Assembly (NCBI RefSeq): GCF_006345805.1
Contig: NC_043014.1
Span: forward strand, 51,274,001-51,338,000
Direction: 5' to 3'
Source: Octopus sinensis
Taxonomy: Eukaryota
DNA: 64,000 nucleotides
Every line of letters begins with the position of its first letter. Within the stretch, counting starts at the first letter, position 1. Both the position numbers and the translations under genes were made by a program. This document shows, piece after piece, positions 1 through 12,065 of this stretch. The notes under the pieces are model-generated. The model was not told the origin of the DNA. It made no database searches and was given only the letters and a program-made list of their open reading frames with translations.

Positions 1-84
1 CACACACACACATATCAATCAACGAACGATATCGTATAGATGTGGATTTCGGCATAATCTACTTTGCCAATCATCTTACTACGT

Positions 85-155
85 GTCTGTCTCTCTTTGA
101 CTCTGTGTCTCTGTCTTTGAATCCCTCTCTCTCTCTTTGACTCTCTCGCTCTTTT

Positions 156-190
<35 letters not shown>
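85..190. repeat. (CT)n microsatellite
   Basis: Interrupted CT run; source of the ERER ORF. Confidence 0.9.
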
Positions 191-194
<4 letters not shown>

Positions 195-399
195 CAAATC
201 AGGTTGTATTTAATCATATTTTGCTTAATACGCTTTGACGAAAACATGCAAAAGAAAATGGTGTAAAGACGTCATACCATTCTCCAGGAATATCTTTATT
301 AATTCTTTTGGTATTGCAATATCGAGCAACGCTGTCATAGGTTGCTACTGGTATTTTCTCTTCTCTATAAGTAAGTACACATATCCGATCACTGTGTGC

Positions 400-960
400 A
401 TATATAAGTGTGTGTGTGTATGTATATGTACACACACACACACATACACACACGTATATATATACACAGATACACATATATACATACATATATACATATA
501 AAGCTACAGTAACACCCCCTCCTCTATGTGGTTAGCCATGTTAAGATGGCTTCTATACTTTATATATATATACATATATTTAATACATGCGCGCGCTTAT
601 GCATTCATATTTTTATGTATATATATTTATATATATATATATATACATACATATGTGTGTGTGTACATGTGTGTACATGTATGTAATATGTGTGTACATG
701 TATATATGTAATATGTGTGTGTATATGTGTGTGTACATGTATATAAGTGTGTGTATATGTATGTGCACATGTATATATATTTATGTGTGTGTATATGTAT
801 ATACGTATGTGTGTGTACCTGCATGTATATATATATATGTGTATATGACTGTGTATATGCATATGTACACATATGTGTATATACGTTCATATCTATATAT
901 CTGTGTGTGTGTTTGTGTGTGTATATATATATATATGTATATATCTGTGCTCGTATATAT
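400..960. repeat. compound (TA)/(TG)/(CA) microsatellite region
   Basis: Alternating purine-pyrimidine tracts seen directly. Confidence 0.9.
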
Positions 961-1438
961 GGCTGTGTTTCGGCATGCGTGTGGCTTGTTTTTATCTTTA
1001 CCGTTAGCAGTTTCCAATTTTCAGCTATAGACTTTCAACAATAATAGATTAGCGAATGAATTTTCTGTTGGCACGACGAACGTCATGCAATGGCGACTGT
1101 AAAACCGATTTTACTCTCCGCGCTTCTTATTCTTCTCCTCCTCCTCCCATTCCTCCTACATTTTATCATATTTATCTTTATGAGTATAATCAAGATAGTC
1201 GTCGTCGTCGTCCTCATCGTCATCATCATCATCATCATCATCGTCATCGATGTGATCAATGCTATCGTTCTAGTTGTTCTTCGTATTAATTTTGTTATTT
1301 TCGCAAATTTAATCTCCTCGTAAGGTCACGTGGTGCAAGCGACTTATACGTGAATCGTGGTCTGATCCGTCGTTCATTGTAGTGCTGCGTCTTTCCGGAT
1401 TAAAGAACTGGAAACGGAGAAAGTTCTCTCACGCAAAG

Positions 1439-1440
<2 letters not shown>

Positions 1441-1503
<63 letters not shown>
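1441..1503. repeat. (AC)n microsatellite
   Basis: Perfect AC run. Confidence 0.95.
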
Positions 1504-1504
<1 letters not shown>

Positions 1505-1505
1505 G

Positions 1506-1728
1506 TGTGTTTGTGACGCTGCAATGATGATTTCGAAGTGAATACTCCAATTTCGCGTTTTGATTTTCCTGTGCGACATCTTCAAACTTTAGCTTCTACC
1601 CTTGCCTAGGTGCTTCTAATTTTTCTGGGCCAAATTTGATATACAGACTTTGTACGCAAGCGCATTAGATGTACGTATTATTAGATGTTCGACGTAAGAT
1701 TGCAGAAGTGTGGCGTCACAGAAACACA
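1506..1728. mobile_element. possible MITE-like element with imperfect terminal inverted repeats
   Basis: TGTGTTTGTGACGC (1506-1519) versus the reverse complement of GCGTCACAGAAACACA (1713-1728); 2-nt indel; no clear TSD. Confidence 0.3.
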
Positions 1729-2180
1729 GCTTTGTTGCTTTCCTTCATATTTTCATATCGTTTGTTTCAGTTTCCAAGGCTTTCTCTTGAAGGATTGACG
1801 ATTAAAATTTATTCCACGATAAACTCTGTCACATTTGCCCCATGACTTCAATCAAAGAAGTCAGAAATAAAATGAATGTGTGTGAATAAAGCACACGTTT
1901 GAAACGGCTGTAGGGAACTCTAAGCCATCCGTATTACTATATATATAATCCTGTTTATAAAGGTACCCCAGGGAAAGGGGCAGCCTATCTGTTTGTATAC
2001 TCTACAAATCCACTATCAATTTGCATATCGTGTTCACACTATTTTTAAATATCAGTGGCCTGTCAGAGGGGATCTCAGTCCAAATAATATCGAGGTGTGA
2101 TATGATATATATAACCTATATGTGTGTGTGTGTGTTTGTGTGTGCGCGTATATATTTGTGTGTGTGCATATGTTTATATT

Positions 2181-2557
2181 TTGTTTCAGTCATCTGACTG
2201 CGGCCATGCTGGAGCACTGCCTTTAGTCGAACAAACCGACCCCAAGACTTATTCTTTGTAAACCTAGTACTCATTATATCGGTGTCTTCTGCCGAACCGC
2301 TAAGTGATGGGGGAAATAAGCATTACAATATCGGTTGTCAAGCTATGGAAGGGGGACAGACACAGACACACCAACAAAAATGCACACACATATATGATGG
2401 GCTTCTCTTAGTTTCCGTTTACCAAATCCACTCACAAGGCTTTCGTCGGCCCCAGTCTATAGTAGGAGATAGCTGCCCAAGGTGCCACGTAGTGGGACTG
2501 AACCCGGAACGATGTAGTTGAGAATCTCGCTTCTTACCACACAGCCACTTCTGCGCC
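2181..2557 (-). mobile_element. tRNA-derived SINE, family A (Octopus-type)
   Basis: Matches other copies in the window: head GGCGCAG(A/G)AGTGGCTGTGTGGTAAG, B-box-like GGTTCAGTCC, tail CCAGCATGGCCGCAGTCA..TGACTGAAACAA. Confidence 0.9.
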
Positions 2558-2563
2558 TGTATG

Positions 2564-2632
<69 letters not shown>

Positions 2633-2634
2633 TA

Positions 2635-2910
2635 CCACTGCACGGCACCTTGGGCAGGCGTTTTATAGTATACCCTCGGGCTGCCTTTGGTAGACGGAAA
2701 CGGAAGGAAGCCCGGCATGTATATGTCCTTTTGTCTGCGTTTATCCTTCGCCTCGGCTTGACATCCAGTGCTGGTATATTTGGGTCTCCGTAACTTAGTG
2801 GCTCGGCAAAAAAAAGCCCGATGGAATAAGTATTAATCTTAAAAACGTGTACCGGGATCGATTCGTTCGACTAAAAATTCTTCAACGCATGACTGAGAAA
2901 AGTGAATGAT
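2635..2910 (+). mobile_element. SINE family A, 5'-truncated and diverged
   Basis: CCACTGCACGGCACCTTGGGCA...GGTAGACGGAAA...GTAACTTAGTGGCTCGGCAAAA...TTCGACTAAA. Confidence 0.8.
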
Positions 2911-3409
2911 AAAATATAAGAATATAAGCATGTTTGTGTGTGTGTGTGTGTGTACATATATGTGCAAACAAATGATACCTTCCTCCGTATACGTGCATGC
3001 ACGCGCCTAGACGCACGCAAACATGCATTCAGTCGACGCGTCTTTAGATACGGTTTTCAAGATAATATTTATAGTTTATTTTACACACTTACAACACGAT
3101 CGATATTCTCTAGAAAGCTGCACGCATTCTAGTCCCAACACACACAGAGAAAACATAGGAATACACACACACGGAGACGATCCTTGAGGCACGTACGAAC
3201 CTAAATATACACGCACACACTTGTGTTCACATTATTAAGCAGGTAGAATGTTAAGGAAAATGGAAAATATGACCTAAATAAAGTTTATCGATTGATGGAG
3301 GTTCACTTATCACTTTGAAGCCTTTAGGAAAAATGTGAAGTTCTCCTAGCTTTAAATTTACTGCGTTCCTTAAAGGAAACGAAGATCTTTAAGTAGACAG
3401 ATAAACATG

Positions 3410-3862
3410 CTATATATATATATATATGTGTGTGCGTATGTATGTATATGTGTATATGTATATGTGTATATGTATGTATGTGTATGTATGTATCTGTATG
3501 TATGTATCTGTATGTATGTATGTATGTATCTGTATGTATGTATAAATATATGTGTATGTATATATGTGTATGTATGTATGTATAAATATATGTGTATGTA
3601 TGTATATATGTGTATGTATGTATATATATGTATGTATGTATATATGTGTATTTATATATATATGTGTATGTATGTATATATGTGTATGTATGTATATATG
3701 TGTATGTATGTATATATGTGTATGTATATATATATGTGTATGTATATATATATGTGTATGTATGTATGTATATATGTGTATGTATGTATGTATGTATGTA
3801 TGTATGTATGTATGTATGTATATACAAGCACATGTGTGTACACACACACACACGTGCGTATA
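3410..3862. repeat. (TATG)/(TA) compound microsatellite
   Basis: Seen directly. Confidence 0.9.
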
Positions 3863-4789
3863 TAAGTGCATCTGTGTTGGCGTATATAATTGTATCTGTG
3901 TTGATGTGTTCCGTTGCAATGGCAGCTAAGAGGGCTGGGTGAACGATATATGTCAATGATGTTTCATACACTTGCCGCAAGGAGAAGAAGCGATTAAAGA
4001 ATCTCTCTCCGCACACACACGTACGCACATAATAAAAATTTCAAATATTATACAAATATACACACACATATGCATGCATATAATAAACATTTCAGATATT
4101 TCTACACACACATATATATATATATATATGTGCATATGTATGTATATCTATATATGCACACATATACATATGTACATGTGAAGTAACACATGTGTAAAAT
4201 AAATATCGTGTGAAAACATATACACGTCTCTATCTGTGTGTTTTATAGCTCTACAGCTTTCGAGAACTACTGAAAATTCAGGAGATTTCTGTATTAGTTT
4301 GACTTGTTTGAAAATGAAGGCCTACCTACATAACCATGAATAATTATTATGCTATATATCTACACAAAAAAACCCCACACACACATACCTGAGTGTGTAA
4401 AAAAATGATGATATGCTCTCTCGTCTTTTCGTCTTTCAATCATGAACGCCGAAGAGTTCTCCCGAGTTCTTATCGTCCTCATTGAACTTGAATGCAAAGG
4501 AAGTCGTGTATTGTGGAGCCTGCTCCAAATGTAAGATGCTTTGAACTACAGGTTCAATTCCTTTCACTGTCTTTTATAGAGTCACAGCTTACGTGTCGCC
4601 CACTTCACTCGCACGTGACAAAAACGCTACATGAATAGTTTGCATCCATATCCTGACTACCTCGTTTGTCTTGATATATAAAATTTGTGCAACACTTCAA
4701 ACATTATTATTGTACACATTTCAGCGATTGGACTGTGGTTATCCTAAAGTACCACTTCGGAAGGGAAGTTGGACAAATTGATGGATCGA

Positions 4790-4819
4790 TAGATAGATAT
4801 CTCTATCTTTATCTATCTT

Positions 4820-4886
<67 letters not shown>

Positions 4887-5060
4887 GTCTGCCTCTCTCT
4901 GTCTGCCTCTGTCTGTATCTGTCTGTCTGTCTGTCTGTCTATTTCTCTCTCTCTCTCTATCCATCTATCTATCTCCAGATCTATCTATCTATTTTTATAG
5001 ATCTATCTATCTAGCTTCATCTATAGATCTATCAATCTGTCCGTCTAGTTACATCTCCAT
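4790..5060. repeat. (TGTC)n/(TATC)n tetranucleotide repeats
   Basis: Seen directly. Confidence 0.9.
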
Positions 5061-5847
5061 CTGTGTATATGTATGTGTATATGTTTCCATCTGCATGTCT
5101 CTACCTCATTATTTATCTCTCTCCCTCTTTCTCTCTCTCACTCTGTCTATGAATGTATTTATGTACACACACACACACACACACACAGAGAAATGCATGT
5201 ATACATATGTACCTTCACCGTTAAAATATGAACCAACATGATGTTCCCATCCAAAAACGTTATAATTTGTTTTAGTGTGTTTTGCTTCTTCAGATCGCAT
5301 TCAGTGAATCCATCGTAATCGCTGAGCAGAACAGAACAATATCACTTATGACAAAAGACACGTATACAATGTCATGTGATGTGATACCACATAAACATGT
5401 TGTACTCGAGAGGTTGGGCTGACATTAGGAAAATATAAATAATTAATGACGGAAAAAAAACATGAACATCGTCCATGTAACATTCGGGTCACAGATTGCA
5501 AAAGAGATAGAGCAGAGGATAATAATAATAATAATAATAATGATAATAATAATAAAAGGGATAAGGATAAAGAATTGTAGTGTACAGGAGGAGTAAAGAG
5601 TTAATTGAATGCTGGGAAGAATAGATGTAAAATACACAGCATTCATTATTAAAGAGAGTTCAGAAGAAAGGATATGTCGCATAAATGATCCGAGATTCTT
5701 GGCTGGAAAATTAGGTTTTAATGTTAATAGATTCAATGCTTTGAATGTATTCAGTGGGTATTGTGTTAATGTGTTGTTATATAAGGAAGATATTTCTTGA
5801 GAGAGGAGTAAGCATTTGATGTGCATACGGGCGCGCACGCATATATG

Positions 5848-6184
5848 GGCGCAGGCGTAGCTGTGTGGTAAGAAACTTCGTCCCCAACAATATGTAGCCC
5901 CGGACCGATCAATAACTTGTAAGTAGATATTATAGACGGAAACTGAATGTGTGTGTATGTGTCTTTGTTTCCGTCCACCGCTTGACAAGCCGTGCTAGTG
6001 TGTTTACGTCTGTGTAATCTAGCGGTTCGCCAAAAAAATCGATACAAAAAGTATTAGGCTTCAGAAAATTAGTACTAGGGTGGATATAGTCAAATAAAAA
6101 TTCAAGGTGCTGCCCCAGCTTGGCCGCAGTCTGAAATTTTAGGAAGTGGAAAAACCCAGAACTGAAATTAGTAAAAGATAAAAA
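5848..6184 (+). mobile_element. SINE family A, internally deleted and diverged
   Basis: Head GGCGCAGGCGTAGCTGTGTGGTAAG; AGACGGAAACTGAA; tail CCAGCTTGGCCGCAGTC. Confidence 0.8.
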
Positions 6185-6475
6185 CATGTATTTATACATA
6201 TATACACGTTCAGTTAATTTTGAAAATAACTTTAAGTTGTAAGAATTTATGAAAACAATGTCTTTCCTTGAGTTGCTAGTTTTTCAACAAAGCAATATGT
6301 GTGTGTACGGACAATCTATCGATATGATCAATGAAATTACAAAAAGTAAGAAGTGTTGTTTTTCAATCATAGAACCTAACAAGGTCTCAAACGAATTGTT
6401 AATAAAAATCGCTTAAAGAATCCCCCGTATTCTTTCCAGCACAAACAATATTTTACTTTTTAGGCCTCAATGCAT

Positions 6476-6660
6476 GGCGTTTTAGCAGAATCCTTAAAAC
6501 ATCGGAAAAATTGCTGTGCGATGTTTACTTCACACAGTTCAAGTTTTCAGTTCAAATAACGCCGAGTTCAATTTTCGCTTTTATCCTTCCAAGGTCAATG
6601 AAATTATATACCAGTAAGGTCAGAGGTATCGAGAAATATCTGGTTTCGAAATTACCGGCT
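6476..6660 (+). mobile_element. SINE family B, degenerate
   Basis: GCAGAATC..GTTCAAATAACGCCGAG..GCTTTTATCCTTCCAAGGTCAATGAAATTATATACCAG aligns by eye to the 10381 copy. Confidence 0.6.
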
Positions 6661-7364
6661 TTCTAAAACCTTCATATAGAAGCCATTATATTCAGGACTT
6701 GTAACGTTGTGTTCTGTCCTTCACTTCCAGTAGATTAAGAATAACACGACTTTTAAAAACGAAGACTAGAAACTAAATACGCTACTATCTATCTTGTATA
6801 AACAGAGTGAGATCAAAAATAAATAAAACTTGTAAATGTCAAACTTTCCGTGAGGACAGAGAGCAGTCGTTTTGAATTATAGGTAGATTTAAATTACATT
6901 TTCTATTTTCTTTAACGCTACACATGGTTTCTGGCTATCTGCAATGTACGGGAGTAATACGATACTTTGTTTCTATTGAGCGTTTGTCGTCGAGGAAAGG
7001 AGAAGAAAGTTCTGGGCTTTTCCACTTCCCAAGATTCCTGGTCAAAGAATGTATACATGTGTAAGCGTGTATGTGCGTATATTTATGTGTATGTGTATAT
7101 ATATAAGCAGTTAAAGTAGTAATTATGCTTAAGAAATACTATAAGGAAGTAGTCTTCAACGTCTGTCTGTCAGTCAATACCTCTATGTATGCATAAATTC
7201 AAAGACTGGTACCTACATACACACACTCGTGTGTGTGTGTGTGTGTACAAATACATTGGCATGTGTATACATGTATATACCCATTCGTATGTGTGTGCAT
7301 ATATATAGGTATACATCTATATATGTGTGCGTGTATGTATATATATATATATATGTAAGGCCTT

Positions 7365-7550
7365 CGCCATGATAGATCGCTTGCCACTACACATTCTTTA
7401 TGTTCTCTCCTTGTTTCTTTCTGTGTTCCGTTCTGAGGAAGAGCGTAGGCTCGAAACGTTAAAGACTTTTTCACTTTCCGAGCGTTATATTAATTTGTTG
7501 TCTACACCACATGTCTTGTCTTTTGTTTTTTTTTTGTGAATTTTCCCCCT
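7365..7550 (+). mobile_element. short (TA)n-flanked element with minimal hammerhead-like motif (probable Penelope-like terminus), copy 1
   Basis: Homologous to 57874-58040 and 60090-60282; CTGAGGA-A-GAGC-GTAG-GCTC-GAAACGTT at 7433-7460; (TA)n on both sides. Confidence 0.65.
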
Positions 7551-7565
7551 ATTTATATATATATA

Positions 7566-7596
<31 letters not shown>

Positions 7597-7771
7597 CATA
7601 CACACACATGTACACGGACAAATAGTATGCTTATGTATACATTTACATATTCATGCATTTGTATTCATATGCATATATTTATGCAACACCTCCATGTGTG
7701 ATATATATATATACATACACCCACGTTCATATGTACTTATATATATGCATATATCTACATGCGTATGTTTG

Positions 7772-7812
<41 letters not shown>

Positions 7813-7820
7813 TATATATA

Positions 7821-7926
7821 TAAAGACGAAGGAAAATAAAATTGTAATAGAGTATTGATATAGCCTCAAGTTTCGTATCTTTGCTTATCTCCTTCTCTCT
7901 CACTTTCTTACTTATATATATATATA

Positions 7927-7976
<50 letters not shown>

Positions 7977-8064
7977 AGAAAGTGAGAGAGAATGAGATAA
8001 GCAAAGATACGAAACTTGAGGCTATATCAATACTCTATTACAATTTTATTTTCCTTCGTCTTTA
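7821..8064. repeat. 91-bp inverted repeat around a (TA)n spacer
   Basis: 7821-7911 is the reverse complement of 7974-8064 with one mismatch. Confidence 0.95.
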
Positions 8065-8766
8065 CAAAAACACTAACTTTCAACTCACTAATGGATATTA
8101 GACACACCGGAAATGTTGTCTAGAATGAAAAGTTCTTTCGACTGTAAAAATATCTATTTAAGCTGTATGTTTCTCCTCAGAGGTTTTACTATTTTACATA
8201 TTATGCTACATTGAGTCAATACAAACTTTAAAACTACCGCATCGACCAAACTAAAATAAAATAAAATAAAATAAAATAATAAAATAATAATAAAGAGTGG
8301 GTGCAGAGAAAGAAAAGCTTATATTTAAAAACAACAGATAATTAGAATTTACCTAAGATATATATTAATAATAAAAATAATGCTAGTGTAGAATTTTATC
8401 TCATTTTATTTTAATTCTAACATGAAGAAAAAACAGATAGCCCAATGATATATGAGCGAAGTTGGTGCGGGGTTCCAAGACTTTATTTAGCAATTATTAA
8501 GAACGAAAACATCTGAGGTGTTTAATGTTTTCCAACGTGAACTAGATTATAATTATCGTATTATTTATTTCACCTTGGGCAGGAGGACTTGAACAAATAT
8601 CAAATTTATTTTACAAGTGTTAATTTTATCGTACGGTTGTTGTAATCCGACATTTTGAGGCAGACATCACTTGTGATGATTTTATTTTCCATTGCTAACA
8701 TATTCCAGAGGACATATTTTTTTTTAGCAGACAGCAGACGATTCAGTGTAGTCGCCTTGAATTGGA

Positions 8767-8998
<232 letters not shown>

Positions 8999-9059
8999 CC
9001 ATTAACTTCTCTCCCACCTCTTTCTCTTCTATGTATGTATCTATCTATCTATTTCTACT

Positions 9060-9400
9060 TTCTCTCCATCTCCTTCTCTCCATCTCCTTCTCTCCACCAC
9101 TTTCTCTCCACCTCTTTCTCTCCACCTCTTTCTCTCCACCTCTTTCTCTCCACCTCTTTCTCTCCACCACTTTCTCTCCACCTCTCTCTCTCCCCACCTC
9201 TCTCTCCACCCTCTCTCTCCATCTCCTTCTCTCCATCTCCTTCTCTCCATCTCCTTCTCTCCATCTCCTTCTCTCCATCTCCTTCTCTCCATCTCTTTCT
9301 CTCCTCCACTTTCTCTCCTCCACTTTCTCTCCACCACTCTCTCTGCACCTCTCTCTCTGCACCTCTCTCTCTCCACCTCTTTCTCTCCACCTCTTTCTCT
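9060..9400. repeat. pyrimidine-rich minisatellite (units such as CTTTCTCTCCACCT / CCTTCTCTCCATCT)
   Basis: Repeating ~14-bp units. Confidence 0.85.
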
Positions 9401-9937
9401 CCCTACATCCATCTAATTCCCCATCTACCTCTCTTCCTACCTGTCTGCCTAGATTTCTTCATTTAGTTTGTATAAAAATGCTATCCAACAACACAAATGG
9501 CGTGCCTCTGTGCTTAAGACGTTTACCTCTCAAAATTCTGATCTTGGGTTCATTCTCATAGTGTAGCAGATTTGGCAACTGTCTTCAATATTGACCCTGG
9601 GACAACTAAAAATTTGACCTCAGAGTGTAAAGCCGGAACAAATACCTCTAAGCGTTTCCTCCGACGGGTTAACCATTCTCGCAGTGTGCTGTCTTAATAT
9701 AATTATATTGACCTAAAATCGAAACATCATCAATAACAGCAACAACGAACAAATAGAGCAGCAAGATGCTGTCTAATGAGCGAAACTAATTTAATTAAAG
9801 ATGCAGAACTTGTATTCCTCAAGGGAGTGCCCCGACGCTGGTAAGGGCGGAAGTGATGATCTATGTAAGGACAGTGTTTATGAGGTTGGAGGCAGTTTGG
9901 GCGGGGCTAAATTATGAACTTGATAATGAGGTAGACG

Positions 9938-10210
9938 TTGGTAGACGAGAAGCGTCTACTACAGCGGCTAGGACTACTAGATCACGGAATTTCACCTTGC
10001 TATGGGCTCGTCAGTGACAGATATCCAGCTGCGCGATAACAGCCGAATCTCCCATCAGCGATTTGTAGAATATCAATGGCTATTCAGGTAGTGATGTGGG
10101 GAATAGCCATGGGCTCAGCAATTTTGATGGGGAAGGTACTGCATATTATGAACACCGAAAGGATGAATGGCAAAGTGGCGCCCAAATAGAATTTGAACTT
10201 AGAACGTAAA
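9938..10210. repeat. ~270-bp direct repeat, copy 1
   Basis: Close match, with scattered substitutions, to 11099-11370 (offset ~1161). Confidence 0.95.
9964..10032 (-). ncRNA. extended type I hammerhead ribozyme motif, copy 1
   Basis: Minus strand reads GCUGGA-UAU-CUGUCA-CUGACGA-GCC-CAUAGCAA-GGU-GAAA-UU-CCGU-GAUC-UAGUAG-UCCUAGC. CUGANGA/GAAA core intact, AUC triplet (cut after 9980), bulged stem I. Confidence 0.75.
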
Positions 10211-10380
10211 AGTGAAGTTGAGCATAACAACTGTGATGAGGATGATGATGATAGTTGCTGTGGTGTTTCGGGTGGTAATGTGGATAATGCTGATCGTGAT
10301 GATGACGGCGATGATTGCGGGAAGATATTAGGAATAAAGTAAGAAGCGGTGGAGCAGATTAACGATCTGTGTGATGTTGT

Positions 10381-10793
10381 GGCGAGCTGGCAGAAACGTT
10401 AGCACGGCGGGCGAAAGGCTTAGCGGTATTTCGTCTGCCGTTACGTTCTGAGTTCAAATTCCGCCGAGGTCGACTTTGCCTTTCATTCTTTCGGGGTCGA
10501 TAAATCAAGTACCTGTTACGCACTGGGGTCGATATAATAGACTTAATCCGTTTGTCTGTCCTTGTTTGTCCCCTCTGTGTTTAGCCCCTCGTGGGTAGTA
10601 AAGAAATACGTATTTCGTCAACCGCATACGTTCTGAGTTCAAATCCCGCCGAGGTCGACTTTACTTTCATTCTTTCGGGGTCGATTAAATAAGTACCAGT
10701 TACGCACTGGGGTCGATGTAATCGGCTTAATCCGTTTGTCTTTCCTTCTTTGTCCTCTCTGTGTTTAGCCCCTCGTGGGTAGTCAAGAAATAG
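10381..10793 (+). mobile_element. SINE family B with tandem duplication of its 3' part
   Basis: Head GGCGAGCTGGCAGAAACGTTAGCAC, B-box GAGTTCAAATTCC, CTTTCATTCTTTCGGGGTCGA; ~10426-10608 is repeated at ~10610-10792. Confidence 0.9.
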
Positions 10794-11098
10794 GTAATGA
10801 AGTATTCACGAAGATTATGGTGGCGGAGAAGAGGGAGATGGTGAGCAAGTTGATGACAACGACGAGGAAGAAAGTTTTAATTCATGATGTTGATATTGAT
10901 GAGAATTGTATCCCCAAAATGATCCTGTTGGGAATATATAGGGGAAAAAAGCAGGGATAAAATATTTCTTTCTAAAAGGCAATCTTGATCTCTATCTTAA
11001 TGTAGATGTAGTGTTAGAACACAGAATCCTGCGTTATTTACCTTGAGAGGATCTCTGATATGGACTTGTGCTCCATAAAAGTACTCTTCGTTGTCTCA

Positions 11099-11370
11099 TT
11101 GGTAGACGAGAAGCGTCTACTCCAGCGGCTAGGTCTACTAGATCACGGAATTTCACCTTGCTATGGGCTCGTCAGTGACAGATATCCAACAGCGCGATAA
11201 CAGCCGAATCTCCCATCAGCAATTTGTAGAATATCAATGTCTATTCAGGTACTGGTGTGGGGAATAGCCATGGGCTCAGCAATTTTGATGGGGAAGGTAC
11301 TGCATTTTATCAACCCCGAAAGAATGAACGGCAAAGTTGGCCGGAATAGAATTTGAACTCAGAACGTAAA
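11099..11370. repeat. ~270-bp direct repeat, copy 2
   Basis: Matches 9938-10210. Confidence 0.95.
11125..11193 (-). ncRNA. extended type I hammerhead ribozyme motif, copy 2
   Basis: Core and stems II/III identical to copy 1; proximal stem I UCUGUCA/UAGUAGA; predicted cut after 11141. Confidence 0.72.
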
Positions 11371-11434
11371 TTGCTGGATGAGATGCTGCTAAGCAATTTT
11401 TTCAGACACGCTACCGATTTTGCCAGCTCACCGC
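11270..11434 (-). mobile_element. SINE family B, diverged, head retained
   Basis: Reverse complement reads GCGGTGAGCTGGCAAAATCGGTAGCG...TTACGTTCTGAGTTCAAATTC...CATTCTTTCGGGGTTGATAAAATGCAGTACC. Confidence 0.8.
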
Positions 11435-11639
11435 TTTGAGAAAGAATTAAAAAAAAAATGAACGTGATGATATTAATGGCGTCCATGAACATGGTGTTTT
11501 CGGTTTTCCTCTTGTCCGATTTTTCGTCTTCTTGCTGTAGAAGAATCTTCACATAGCAACGCACTCACACATACTACCACACACATACTGTCACACACTC
11601 ATACACACACAGTAACACACACTCTCTCTCCCCCTCTAT

Positions 11640-11808
11640 CTCTTCCCCTCTCTCTCTCTCACATACACACATACATACACACACAGGTAGATATACACAT
11701 GTATACACGTACATATACATGCGTACATACGTATACACACGCACACAGGCGTACGTATATACATGCAGAGACGTCCATATACACGCACACACACGCTTAC
11801 ACACACAC

Positions 11809-11840
<32 letters not shown>

Positions 11841-12065
11841 TCTCTCTCTCTGTCTCTCTCTGTCTCACATACAAACACAGGTAGATATACACACACATGT
11901 ATACACGTACATATACATGCGTACATACGTATATATACGCACACAGGCGTACGTATATACATGCAGAGACGTCCATATACACACACGCACACACACACAC
12001 ACGCACACACACACACAAACACACGTCCATACACGCACACACACTTACATATATACACACACACA
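11640..12065. repeat. ~195-bp tandem duplication within CA/TA-rich sequence
   Basis: ACACAGGTAGATATACAC...GCAGAGACGTCCATATACAC occurs at ~11682 and ~11875. Confidence 0.85.

Noticed and set aside
9938-11370. LTR retrotransposon/TRIM reading of the direct repeats
   Set aside because: No TG...CA ends, PBS or TSD found; the repeats include SINE sequence.
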